A stretch of DNA of 14,248 nt from Candidatus Eiseniibacteriota bacterium (GCA_031366795.1 JANLOX010000355.1:1-14248), one strand, 5' to 3'; positions 1-8,075 are shown, counted from the stretch's first letter. Translations and numbers: made by a program. The notes: a model not told the origin generated them from the letters alone.

Positions 1-50
1 GCTAGTTCGGATGACGGCCCGCCGCGCGGCGCACCCTCACGCAGCGCTCG

Positions 51-2093
51 TTACCAGATCTGCGCGCGCTTGTCTTCCGGCCGCACCATGTTGTCGCCTT
101 CCTTGCAGCCAAACGCCTTGCGGAACTCCAGCGAGTTCGACAGCGGGCCGATGATGCGCCAGTTGTCCGGCGAGTGCGGGTCGGTGAGGATCACCGTGCG
201 CTGAATCTCGGGGCGCATCTTGCCGCGCCACAGCTGCGCGTAGCCGAGGAAGAACCGCTGTTCGGGCGTGAAGCCATCGATGTCCTTGCGCCCGTGCTTC
301 TCGAGAAACTTCTGGTAGGCGTAGTACGCGATCTTGACGCCACCCAGATCGGCGATGTTCTCGCCCTCCGTCAGCTCACCATTGACGTGCAGCGTGTCGA
401 CGCCGACGTAGCCGTTGAACTGGTCGACGACGCGTTGGGCCCTCGCCTTGAAGTGTTCGTTGTCAGCGTCGCTCCACCACATCTTGAGGTTGCCGGCAGC
501 GTCGAACTTGCGGCCCTCGTCGTCGAAGCCGTGCGTCAGCTCATGTCCGATGACCGTGCCGATGCCGCCATAGTTCATGGCGTCATCCGCCGAAGGGTCG
601 AAGAACGGCGGCTGCAGGATGCCCGCCGGGAACACCACTTCGTTGAACGTCGGGTTGTAGTACGCGTTCACTGTCGACGGCGTGATGCCCCACTCCGTGC
701 GATCCACCGGCGTGTCGATCTGCTTCCAGGTACGCCGCTGCTCGAACGCCACCGCTAGGCGCATGTTCTCGTTCGCCGACTTCTTGGCGTCGATGGCGAG
801 CGCCGAGTAGTCACGCCACGTGTCCGGGTAGCCGATCTTGTTCATGATTGCGGTGAGCTTCTGCTGCGCCGCGGCCTTGGTCCCGGGGCCCATCCAATCC
901 AACGCGGCGATACTCTGGCCCAAGGAGGCCCGCAGGTTGTCGACCATCTCCTGCATGCTCGCCTTGGCTTCGGGCGAGAAAGCCTTCGTCACGTACGCCT
1001 TACCTACCGCCTCGCCCATCACGCCGTCCACGGCCTGAACAGCGCGCTTCCAGCGCGTGGACGGAGCCTTCTGCCCTGAAATCGCGGCCTGGTACTTGAA
1101 CCGCTCATTGAAGAAATCGTCGCCGATCCAGCTCGAATTGCTGCGCACCACCGCGAAGCGCAAGTAGGCGCGCCAGTCTTCGATCGGGGTGTTCTTCATG
1201 AGGTTGCTGATCTGGCGGGCGAACGAGGGAACGCTAACGTTGAGCCGCCCCATCGGCTTGGCCAGCGTCGGTAGGCCGGCGGCTTTGAAGTAGCCGGCCC
1301 AATCCATCCCCGGCGCCATCGCCTGCAATTCCGCCACGCTGACATTGTGGTAGATCGCCTCCGGCTGGCGCATGGCGACGCGCGTCATCGAGGAATCTGC
1401 GAGTGAGGTTTCGAGCTTCATCACCTTTTGCACATCCGCCTGCGCCTGATCGGGCGTCTCGCCGAGCATCTCGAACGTCTTCTCGGCATAGTCCGTGTAG
1501 GCCTTGCGCACCGCTTCCGACTTGGGATCAGAGCGGAAGTAGAAGTCGCGCTCCGGCAGTCCCAGTCCACCCTGGTTCAGGGCGCCAATCATGCGTGAGC
1601 TGTTCTTGAAATCCGTTTCACTCGCCAGGACGAAGGGGAAGTTCATGCCCGAGGCGTTGAAGTCGGCGATCACCGCCTGCAGCTCCGCCGCCGTCTTGAT
1701 GCCGGCGACTTGCGCCAGCAGCGGCTGGACCGGCGCAACTCCTTCGCGATTGGAGCGCAGCGAGTCCATCAGTGTCGCGTAGAGGATGCCGACCTTGCGC
1801 ACCGTGACGTCCTGCTCGTTCGCCACATTCGCCGCAGCACCCTCGACGGCCACGCGCAGGATTTCCTGGTTGTGGTCATGCACGTCGCGAAACGCGCTCA
1901 GCGCCATATAAGAGGACGGAATCTGCGCGGTGTCCGCCCAGGTGCCATTGGCGTACTTGTAGAAATCGTCGCACGGCGCGACCGTGGTATTCATGTAGGC
2001 CTTGTTGACGCCGTGCGGATCCGCGGCGGCGATACCCGCCAGCGAAACCAGGGCGCCCAGCCACAGCGCGAGCAAGAGGGTGCGTCGAATCAC
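51..2093 (-). CDS. pepO: M13-family (neprilysin/endothelin-converting enzyme-like) zinc metalloendopeptidase, secreted
   Basis: HExxH motif GHELTHGFDDEG, VNAYY substrate-binding motif, GENIAD third Zn ligand, DPHSP, and N-terminal PCDDFYKYANG. Start moved to GTG at 2093 because AAGGAG lies 6 nt upstream (2100-2105) and a signal peptide (IRRTLLLALWLGALVSLAGIAAA) follows. Confidence 0.93.
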   Translation of the reverse strand: MIRRTLLLALWLGALVSLAGIAAADPHGVNKAYMNTTVAPCDDFYKYANGTWADTAQIPSSYMALSAFRDVHDHNQEILRVAVEGAAANVANEQDVTVRKVGILYATLMDSLRSNREGVAPVQPLLAQVAGIKTAAELQAVIADFNASGMNFPFVLASETDFKNSSRMIGALNQGGLGLPERDFYFRSDPKSEAVRKAYTDYAEKTFEMLGETPDQAQADVQKVMKLETSLADSSMTRVAMRQPEAIYHNVSVAELQAMAPGMDWAGYFKAAGLPTLAKPMGRLNVSVPSFARQISNLMKNTPIEDWRAYLRFAVVRSNSSWIGDDFFNERFKYQAAISGQKAPSTRWKRAVQAVDGVMGEAVGKAYVTKAFSPEAKASMQEMVDNLRASLGQSIAALDWMGPGTKAAAQQKLTAIMNKIGYPDTWRDYSALAIDAKKSANENMRLAVAFEQRRTWKQIDTPVDRTEWGITPSTVNAYYNPTFNEVVFPAGILQPPFFDPSADDAMNYGGIGTVIGHELTHGFDDEGRKFDAAGNLKMWWSDADNEHFKARAQRVVDQFNGYVGVDTLHVNGELTEGENIADLGGVKIAYYAYQKFLEKHGRKDIDGFTPEQRFFLGYAQLWRGKMRPEIQRTVILTDPHSPDNWRIIGPLSNSLEFRKAFGCKEGDNMVRPEDKRAQIW

Positions 2094-2286
2094 AGGGAGC
2101 TCCTTCGAGTAGGGTTTCGCGGAGGGCCCCGCGTTCGCAAGGGCAGCAGGGACCCTAGCGCAGCGCGCCTCGCCGCAGCCAGCGCGGGCGACAGGCGCGT
2201 CGAACCGACCCACCGGCGCGGACGGCCCGGACGGCGCTCCGCGGGCTGCCCCGGCCAAGGAATCGCGGCGCAACCGCTGCTCTGCC

Positions 2287-2316
2287 TTGCTTCAAGGGTG
2301 TTCCGTCCCCTATCGT
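2287..2316 (+). promoter_or_regulatory. Candidate sigma70-type promoter for the OmpA-family gene
   Basis: TTGCTT (2287-2292), 18-nt spacer, TATCGT (2311-2316), about 100 nt upstream of the ATG at 2418. Confidence 0.45.
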
Positions 2317-2417
2317 CCGCCGCTCTTGGGCCCTCCGCATGCGAGTCTGGCCGCAACCCTCCTGTGGGCGCGCCGTCGCATGCTCGGCCGCTGTACCGGG
2401 ATTCTGGGGGAGGAAGG

Positions 2418-3995
2418 ATGCGATTCCGTCTGTCTTTGGCCCTGATCGCCGCGGCCATCTGCTTCAGCGTTTCAAGCGCCGCCGCGGATCCGACCGGGCG
2501 CTTCGTGACGCTCACGCCCACCGTGGGGTTCGCGGTGTTCGATGGCGACATCAAGGCTCCGACGCAGTCCTTGAAGGACGTCGGTTACTATGGCGGCCGT
2601 GTGGGCTACCAGTGGAATACCTGGCTCGCGCTCGAAGCCGCGGCCGGAGTCGCCTCGACTCACGAGAACGCACCGGGCGGCAACAAGATCTCCTACTGGC
2701 ATGGCTCGGCAAACCTCGTGCTGACGCCGTGGCGCGGCTTGATCGGCAACCCGTTCCTGTCGTTCGGCTTCGGCCGCGCGTCGTTGTCTCCCAAGGACAA
2801 ATCAGTCGGCTTCCCGCTCTACGCCGACAAGCCCGGCAACCTGCCGCAGGGCGGCTTCGAAGCCGCCATCGGGTGGACCGCGTGGGTGACCGATCGCTGG
2901 GGCGTCCGCTTCGAAGGCCGCGATATCGCGTGGCAGCCCAAGGATGACCTGACCAAGCCGCGGACGCACACGATGGTGACCGCGGTGGCGTTGAGCTACA
3001 CGCTGGGTTCCCAGCCGCGCGACACCGACGGCGACGGCGTGCCGGATCGCCGCGATCACTGCGCCAACACGCCGAAAGGCGCCACCGTCGATGGGATGGG
3101 TTGCCCGAAGGACTCCGATGGCGACGGCGTGCTCGACGGGCTCGACAAGTGCGCCGACACCCCGAAGGGCGCCAAGATCGATGCGACGGGTTGCCCGACG
3201 GATGCCGACGGCGATGGCGTGTTCGACGGCCTCGACGAATGCGCGGACACGCCGAAGGGCGCCACGGTCGACGCCAAGGGCTGCACCCGCGACAGCGACG
3301 GCGATGGCGTGCTCGATGGCCTCGACAAGTGCCCCGGCACGCCGAAGGGCGCCAAGATCGACGCCACCGGTTGCCCGATCGACTCGGATCACGACGGCGT
3401 GTTCGATGGTCTCGACAAGTGCCCCGACACGGGCGCCGGGATCGCGGTCGATTCGGTCGGCTGCCCGAAGGACTTCATGAAGCGCGAGCAGGAATTGCTC
3501 GATACCGGCAAGATCCGACTGCAGAACGTGCAGTTCGAGTTCGGCAAGGCAGACCTCAAGGCGGAGTCGAAGCCGACGCTCGACGTAGTCGGCGACCTGC
3601 TGAGCCACTGGCCGGATCTCAAGATAGAAATTGGCGGACACACCGATTCGAAGGGCTCGGCCAAGCTCAACTCGAAGCTCAGCCAGGCACGCGCGGATTC
3701 GGTGCGCGCATACCTGCTGGGACGCTTCCCGAAGCTGAATGGCGCACAGTTCACAACGAAGGGCTACGGGCCGTCGCGGCCGATCGTGGCGAACACCACC
3801 GAAGAGCTGCGCGCGCTCAACCGCCGCGTCGAGTTCGTGGTGCTCAACCAGGGCGTGCTGCAGCAGGAGATCGAGAAGCGCTCGAAGCCCGCGACTAGCC
3901 CCACGATGACACCGGCGCCGACCGATACGACGAAGACGCTGGCGCCGATGCCCGCGCCGACGGATACGACGAAGACGCCCGGCGGCGGGAAGTAA
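2418..3995 (+). CDS. OmpA-family outer membrane protein: signal peptide, beta-barrel, TSP3-type Ca-binding repeats, OmpA_C peptidoglycan-binding domain
   Basis: ATG at 2418 after GGAGGAAGG; signal peptide MRFRLSLALIAAAICFSVSSAAA; amphipathic strands (GGRVGYQWNTWLALEA, WGVRFEGRD); DxDxDGVxDxxDxC repeats; OmpA_C motifs GHTDSKG...LSQARA, GYGPSRP, NRRVEF. Confidence 0.92.
   Translation: MRFRLSLALIAAAICFSVSSAAADPTGRFVTLTPTVGFAVFDGDIKAPTQSLKDVGYYGGRVGYQWNTWLALEAAAGVASTHENAPGGNKISYWHGSANLVLTPWRGLIGNPFLSFGFGRASLSPKDKSVGFPLYADKPGNLPQGGFEAAIGWTAWVTDRWGVRFEGRDIAWQPKDDLTKPRTHTMVTAVALSYTLGSQPRDTDGDGVPDRRDHCANTPKGATVDGMGCPKDSDGDGVLDGLDKCADTPKGAKIDATGCPTDADGDGVFDGLDECADTPKGATVDAKGCTRDSDGDGVLDGLDKCPGTPKGAKIDATGCPIDSDHDGVFDGLDKCPDTGAGIAVDSVGCPKDFMKREQELLDTGKIRLQNVQFEFGKADLKAESKPTLDVVGDLLSHWPDLKIEIGGHTDSKGSAKLNSKLSQARADSVRAYLLGRFPKLNGAQFTTKGYGPSRPIVANTTEELRALNRRVEFVVLNQGVLQQEIEKRSKPATSPTMTPAPTDTTKTLAPMPAPTDTTKTPGGGK
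3021..3470 (+). repeat. Five tandem 90-nt (30-aa) thrombospondin type 3-like repeats in the OmpA-family gene
   Basis: Units start at 3021, 3111, 3201, 3291 and 3381, with approximate consensus DxDGDGVxDxxDxCxxTPKGAxxDxxGCP. Confidence 0.92.
3912..3977 (+). repeat. Duplicated PAPTDTTKT peptide (two 27-nt copies, 39-nt period) in the OmpA C-terminal tail
   Basis: ccggcgccgaccgatacgacgaagacg (3912-3938) and cccgcgccgacggatacgacgaagacg (3951-3977). Confidence 0.85.
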
Positions 3996-4020
3996 GCCGC
4001 TCGCAGCCTGCGGTCGGTGC

Positions 4021-4075
4021 GCAAAAACAGAACGAGCGGTGCGTGGACGCCATCACGCACCGCTCGTTTGTTTGC
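4021..4075. terminator. Probable bidirectional intrinsic terminator between the convergent OmpA-family and DUF2231 genes
   Basis: Perfect 15-bp stem AACGAGCGGTGCGTG (4031-4045) / CACGCACCGCTCGTT (4054-4068) with an 8-nt loop, flanked by GCAAAAACAG on the left and TGTTTGC on the right, giving U-rich tails on both strands. Confidence 0.8.
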
Positions 4076-4093
4076 TGGTCGCGTACGCCGCGA

Positions 4094-4567
4094 CTACTTG
4101 CTGTCGGGGCTGATCACGGGATGGTCGCCCACCGTCACGCCAGCCCCATGACGGTACACGAGCAGGCCGCCGTGATGGCCCGCCACGCCAATAGCGACGG
4201 CCGAGGCCAACTGCAACAACAGCGCGATGACGCTCACCAGCCCGCGCATGGCGCCCATGCCCACTTCCGCCAGGCGCGCGACCAGTGCGCCACCCGCCAG
4301 CCAGATGGACAGCTTCGCCAGATCGCCATGGGAATCCACGGCGTCCTCGGCGATGCGCTGGATCTTCTCGGCATGGTCCGCGGCCAACTCACCGGTCAGG
4401 ATCCCGGCGACGCCCGTGACCACCGCGATCACCAGCAGCGCGAGCGATGCCTTGCGCCACCACGGGCCATCGGTCGCGCGGCCCACCAGATCGAACAGCA
4501 GCGAGATCATGACCAGCACCACGGGGAAATGAACGATCAACGGGTGAAGCGGTACCTGGAACACCAT
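4094..4567 (-). CDS. DUF2231-family integral membrane protein (about 4 TM helices, conserved His residues)
   Basis: N-terminal LHPLIVHFP motif, hydrophobic segments, and C-terminal GHHGGLLVYRHG. ATG at 4567 with GGAGG 5 nt upstream (4573-4577). Confidence 0.82.
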   Translation of the reverse strand: MVFQVPLHPLIVHFPVVLVMISLLFDLVGRATDGPWWRKASLALLVIAVVTGVAGILTGELAADHAEKIQRIAEDAVDSHGDLAKLSIWLAGGALVARLAEVGMGAMRGLVSVIALLLQLASAVAIGVAGHHGGLLVYRHGAGVTVGDHPVISPDSK

Positions 4568-4624
4568 GGAGACCTCCACGCGGCAGTGATTTGCTGAGGG
4601 GCAATCTGCAAGCAGGCTAGCCGC

Positions 4625-4653
4625 ATGACGCACCTGCTCCAAGTTGCTAGTGT
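4625..4653 (+). promoter_or_regulatory. Candidate extended -10 promoter giving a leaderless transcript for the ICMT-family gene
   Basis: ATGACG-N17-TAGTGT with TG-n immediately before the -10 hexamer; the GTG start lies 6 nt downstream and has no Shine-Dalgarno sequence. Confidence 0.45.
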
Positions 4654-4659
4654 CCGTGC

Positions 4660-5397
4660 GTGCCGAATTCGCCGATGAACGAGACGCCGCCCAGCACGCC
4701 GCGGCGCACCAGCCCCGTGGTCGCCATTGTGGGCGCGCTCGCGGTGGTGGCGCTGAACGCGCTGCTGCTGGCGCTGGCCCTGGGCGGCATTGACGTGCTG
4801 CGCATCCACGCGCGAGCCCTCGCACTGCTGGCGATCTGGGCGGCCGGCGGCATCACGCTGGCGCTGCTGCAGCCGGTGCGCCGTCACGACCCCAAGGCGC
4901 TCGAACACGAATCGAAGTTCTCGCTGGTGATGATGCTGGTGCTGCCGATGCTCACGCCGCCGCTCGCGGCGCTGGGCGAGCGGCTCGGACTGTTCCTCGA
5001 TTTCGCGAAGGCGCCATTCGAGTGGGCCGGCGTCGCCTGCGTGGCGTTGGGACTCGCGATCCGCATCGCCGGCATGGCGCGGCTCGGCTCGCGCTTCTCG
5101 CCGCTCGTCGCGGTGCAGCAGGATCACGTGCTCGAGACCCACGGCATTTACGCTGCGGTCAGGCATCCCGGCTATCTCGGGGCATTGCTGGCCTGCGTCG
5201 GTGCGATGGTGGCATTCGGGAGCGCGCTCGCGCTGCCGCTCGTCGCGGCGTTCGCGGGGCTGCTGCAGGCCCGCATCGCGCGCGAAGAAGTGCTGCTCGA
5301 GCAATACTTTGGCGAGGCATTTTTCGATTACCGCAGGCGTGTGGGCGGGCTGCTGCCCCGCTTGTGGCCCGCGCGCGCGCCGCGGCCCGCGCGCTAG
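4660..5397 (+). CDS. Isoprenylcysteine carboxyl methyltransferase (ICMT/Ste14/PEMT-like) family membrane protein
   Basis: Multiple TM segments and the motifs LGSRFS, HVLETHGIYAAVRHPGYLG and RIAREEVLLEQYFGEAFFDYRRRV. Start is either GTG 4660 or ATG 4675. Confidence 0.85.
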   Translation: MPNSPMNETPPSTPRRTSPVVAIVGALAVVALNALLLALALGGIDVLRIHARALALLAIWAAGGITLALLQPVRRHDPKALEHESKFSLVMMLVLPMLTPPLAALGERLGLFLDFAKAPFEWAGVACVALGLAIRIAGMARLGSRFSPLVAVQQDHVLETHGIYAAVRHPGYLGALLACVGAMVAFGSALALPLVAAFAGLLQARIAREEVLLEQYFGEAFFDYRRRVGGLLPRLWPARAPRPAR

Positions 5398-5411
5398 CCA
5401 CGCGGCGATCT

Positions 5412-5446
5412 CCCGGGCAGGAAGCCTCGCAGGACCCGGGCAGGAA
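5412..5446 (+). repeat. 12-bp direct repeat CCCGGGCAGGAA (two copies, 23-bp period) upstream of ogt
   Basis: Copies at 5412-5423 and 5435-5446, with a third GCAGGA core at 5429-5434. Confidence 0.7.
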
Positions 5447-5483
5447 ACTGGTGCGCCCGCCCGGCCTGCGCTATCGTGGCAGC

Positions 5484-6071
5484 ATGCGCATTGCCTACCA
5501 CGTCATGTCGTCACCGCTCGGGCTGTTGTTTCTCGCCAGTGGCCCGAAGGGCCTTCAGTACCTTGAGTTCATGGATCGCAAGAGCATCAAGCGTATGATC
5601 GCCGCCCACGCCGACCACCATCCTGGCGCCACGTGGGAGCCCTCGCTGCTGGATCTCAAGGATGCCGTGGATCAACTCGAGGGCTACTTCTGCGGCGCGC
5701 TGACGACGTTCGACCTGACGCTCGCCCCGGCCGGCACCGACTTCCAGCACGCCGTGTGGAAATCGTTGCTCAGGATCCCCTACGGCGAGACCCGCAGCTA
5801 CGCGCAGATCGCCAAGGCGATCAAGCAGCCGAAGGCGGCGCGCGCGGTAGGCCTCGCCAACAACCAGAACCCGATCTCCGTCGTGGTGCCGTGTCACCGC
5901 GTCATCGGCGCGAACAAGAGCCTCGCGGGTTACGCGGGCGGCGTGCAGCGCAAGAAGTGGCTGCTCGCACACGAAGCAAAGTTCGCGCAGCACGGCGAGA
6001 CCGATGCGGATCTGTTCACGGCCGCGTCGAGCCGGTCGGGCAACAAGCGCGACAGCACACCGGGACGCTAA
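5484..6071 (+). CDS. ogt: Methylated-DNA--[protein]-cysteine S-methyltransferase
   Basis: Active-site PCHRVIG plus GTDFQHAVW, IPYGETRSY, ARAVG, NP and GYAGG...KKWLL motifs; N-terminal SPLG. Start placed at ATG 5484, 6 nt after TATCGT. Confidence 0.93.
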   Translation: MRIAYHVMSSPLGLLFLASGPKGLQYLEFMDRKSIKRMIAAHADHHPGATWEPSLLDLKDAVDQLEGYFCGALTTFDLTLAPAGTDFQHAVWKSLLRIPYGETRSYAQIAKAIKQPKAARAVGLANNQNPISVVVPCHRVIGANKSLAGYAGGVQRKKWLLAHEAKFAQHGETDADLFTAASSRSGNKRDSTPGR

Positions 6072-6104
6072 GCGGGCCCGATTGCTGCGTTGGCGACGGC
6101 ACCG

Positions 6105-8063
6105 CTAATTCAGCCGCACGCTGAAGATCACGGCGAAGACTTTTCCGGCGGCGAGATTCAGCTGAGCGTTGGCCTTCACCTGGTTGCCGAGATCGATGCG
6201 GCTCGACACCACGCTCACCACGTCGCCGTCGATCGCATCCGTGGCGGCGGTTCCCGCGTTGGCGGCGGTGAACAGCGCCGACTCCTCGACGCCGGTGCAC
6301 GTGGCGGCGGCGCAGGCACTCGGCGCGTTGGTCAGGCGCAGCGTCCCGCCGAGATACTGGAACGCGGGGGCCAGCACGTCCACGAGACTCACGTCGGTCA
6401 GTGCGCTGCCGGGATTGTTGACGTAGATCAGGAAGCGGAACAGCGTTCCCTTGGCGAGCACCGCCGCGTTGGGAATCGGCGTGCCGTCTACGCGAAACGC
6501 GCGCTTCACCAGGGCCAGCACGCTGACGGTCGTGGGGTCGCTGGCGCTATCATTCGCGGCATTGCTGTCCCCGCCCGTCGAGACGTAGGCGCGGTTGGTG
6601 ACCCCGGGTGCCGCCGCGGCGGACGGCGTCACGGTGATCGTGAAGGGAGCTGCGGCACCCGCGGGCAGCGCGCCCGCATAGGTCGCGATGACGATCTGTC
6701 CGCTGACGCTGAACGACCAGCCCGTGCCCACCGAGGAGACGTAGGTGATTCCCGCCGGCAACGTGTCCGTGACCGTGATGGAGTTGAGCGTCGAGTCGCT
6801 CCCCGCGTTGCTGATGCCGATCGTGTAAACGCCCGTGCCCCCGGCGTAGAACGGGCCGCTGTGCGACAGCGTGATCGCGGCGTCCGGAACACCGAAGTCG
6901 AGCCCACACGATGCTGGCCGCGTGGGCGGCACGAAGGCGGCGTTCAGGAACATGCGCTCGCCATTGGTGTGCGCGAGATCGCTGTTCAGGTACTCGTGAC
7001 CGCCCAGGTAAAACACCATGCCGCCGCGGCCCGCGACCGTCTTCTTCGCCGTGGCCTGCCAGGTCGCGGGTGAGACCCCCGCGTCGTCGGCGTGAACCTG
7101 CGCGCTGGCCTGCAGTGACGACGAGCCCCCCAGACTGAAGTCCTCCACCGAACCTCCCGGCGAAGGCGTCAGAGCGCCTTCGTACTGCGAGAACGCCAGG
7201 TCGGGATTGGGATAGGCGATCACAGTGTTACGGTTGCTCGAAACGATACCGCCCGTCGAGATGTAGCCACCGGGCGTGTTGTTCTCGTAGGTCAGCACCG
7301 AGGCGCACTGCCCGATGAAATTTCCGCCGCTGAGCACGAAGCTGTTGATCGCCGCGACGCCGGCCGGGCTGCCGTTGTGGGGTTCGCACGCCAGCGTGTA
7401 GCACGCGGCGGACAGCAGGCTGAAGTCACTGATCACGTCGTACTGGGTAATGCCTGCGCGCGTCAGGATATTCGTGTGGATCGCCGAGTTCGTGGCGTTG
7501 ACGGCGATCCGTGGCTTGAACAGCAACGTGTAGCGAATGTCGACCGTGACGTCCTGCGTCAACTGGTACACCGCAACATTCTGGCCGTAGGCGTTGATGA
7601 CAGGCAGCGCGATGGCGGCATAGGCCTTGGGGATGATGAACGGGCCGGCGCGAAAGTCGTTGGACGCCGAGGCCAGCACGCTCGGCTGCAATCGCAAGGC
7701 GTTGGCGGTGAAGTCGATCCCGTCCTTCGCCTTGCCCGCCTTGATCGCCCACTTTACCGCGACCTTCTTCTGCAACAAGGCGTTCACGAGCCCATACGCC
7801 TGCGTATTGAACGGCGCGGTGAGCGCCTGGTGCGCGTTGTCCATCGGGATCACCAGCGAGCCCGCGAGGATCAATTCGTTGTTCGGGGATGGGCCCGGGG
7901 TGTCCTGTGCCCTCGCCACATGCGCACTGAGCCCCGCGGCCAGCACCAAACAGGCGACGCCGAGCGAACCATGGCGCAGCCACCGCATCGCGCCGGAGCG
8001 CGAGCGGGGGTTGCTGTCAGTGAGGATCGTGGGTGAAGCAGTCATCGGCGTTGGAGCTCCCAT
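6105..8063 (-). CDS. Secreted/surface protein with an N-terminal class I glutamine amidotransferase-like domain and two C-terminal DUF11-type Ig-like domains
   Basis: Signal peptide ending VARA-QD. DUF11 hallmarks at about 6520-6887: YTIGISNAG...ITVTDTLPAGITYVS..G.GW...ANDSASD. A second domain reads LVKR...FLIYVNN...VSLVDVL...VIFSVRLN. FVLSGGNFIGQCAS and YLGGHEY are GATase1-like motifs. AGGAG lies close to ATG 8063; 8045 and 7988 are alternative starts. Confidence 0.75.
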   Translation of the reverse strand: MGAPTPMTASPTILTDSNPRSRSGAMRWLRHGSLGVACLVLAAGLSAHVARAQDTPGPSPNNELILAGSLVIPMDNAHQALTAPFNTQAYGLVNALLQKKVAVKWAIKAGKAKDGIDFTANALRLQPSVLASASNDFRAGPFIIPKAYAAIALPVINAYGQNVAVYQLTQDVTVDIRYTLLFKPRIAVNATNSAIHTNILTRAGITQYDVISDFSLLSAACYTLACEPHNGSPAGVAAINSFVLSGGNFIGQCASVLTYENNTPGGYISTGGIVSSNRNTVIAYPNPDLAFSQYEGALTPSPGGSVEDFSLGGSSSLQASAQVHADDAGVSPATWQATAKKTVAGRGGMVFYLGGHEYLNSDLAHTNGERMFLNAAFVPPTRPASCGLDFGVPDAAITLSHSGPFYAGGTGVYTIGISNAGSDSTLNSITVTDTLPAGITYVSSVGTGWSFSVSGQIVIATYAGALPAGAAAPFTITVTPSAAAAPGVTNRAYVSTGGDSNAANDSASDPTTVSVLALVKRAFRVDGTPIPNAAVLAKGTLFRFLIYVNNPGSALTDVSLVDVLAPAFQYLGGTLRLTNAPSACAAATCTGVEESALFTAANAGTAATDAIDGDVVSVVSSRIDLGNQVKANAQLNLAAGKVFAVIFSVRLN

Positions 8064-8075
8064 GGTCTCCTAGCA

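Noticed and set aside
1710..2417. Long N-terminal extensions of the ORF-track calls 1710..3995 and 51..2273
   Set aside because: They overlap each other or the opposite gene; internal starts at 2418 and 2093 have SD sites followed directly by signal peptides.
3021..3470. Regularly spaced 90-nt repeats as a CRISPR array or DGR repeats
   Set aside because: In-frame coding repeats with synonymous divergence and no unique spacers; no cas or reverse transcriptase gene in the window.
5022..5483. N-terminal extension of ogt suggesting an Ada-like fusion
   Set aside because: It overlaps the ICMT gene in another frame, is Arg/Ala-rich shadow sequence, and has no Ada Zn-binding Cys cluster or AraC HTH.
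5998..6020. DADLF in the Ogt tail as a beta-clamp-binding motif
   Set aside because: It lacks the conserved Gln of QxxLF, so it is too weak to call without an alignment.
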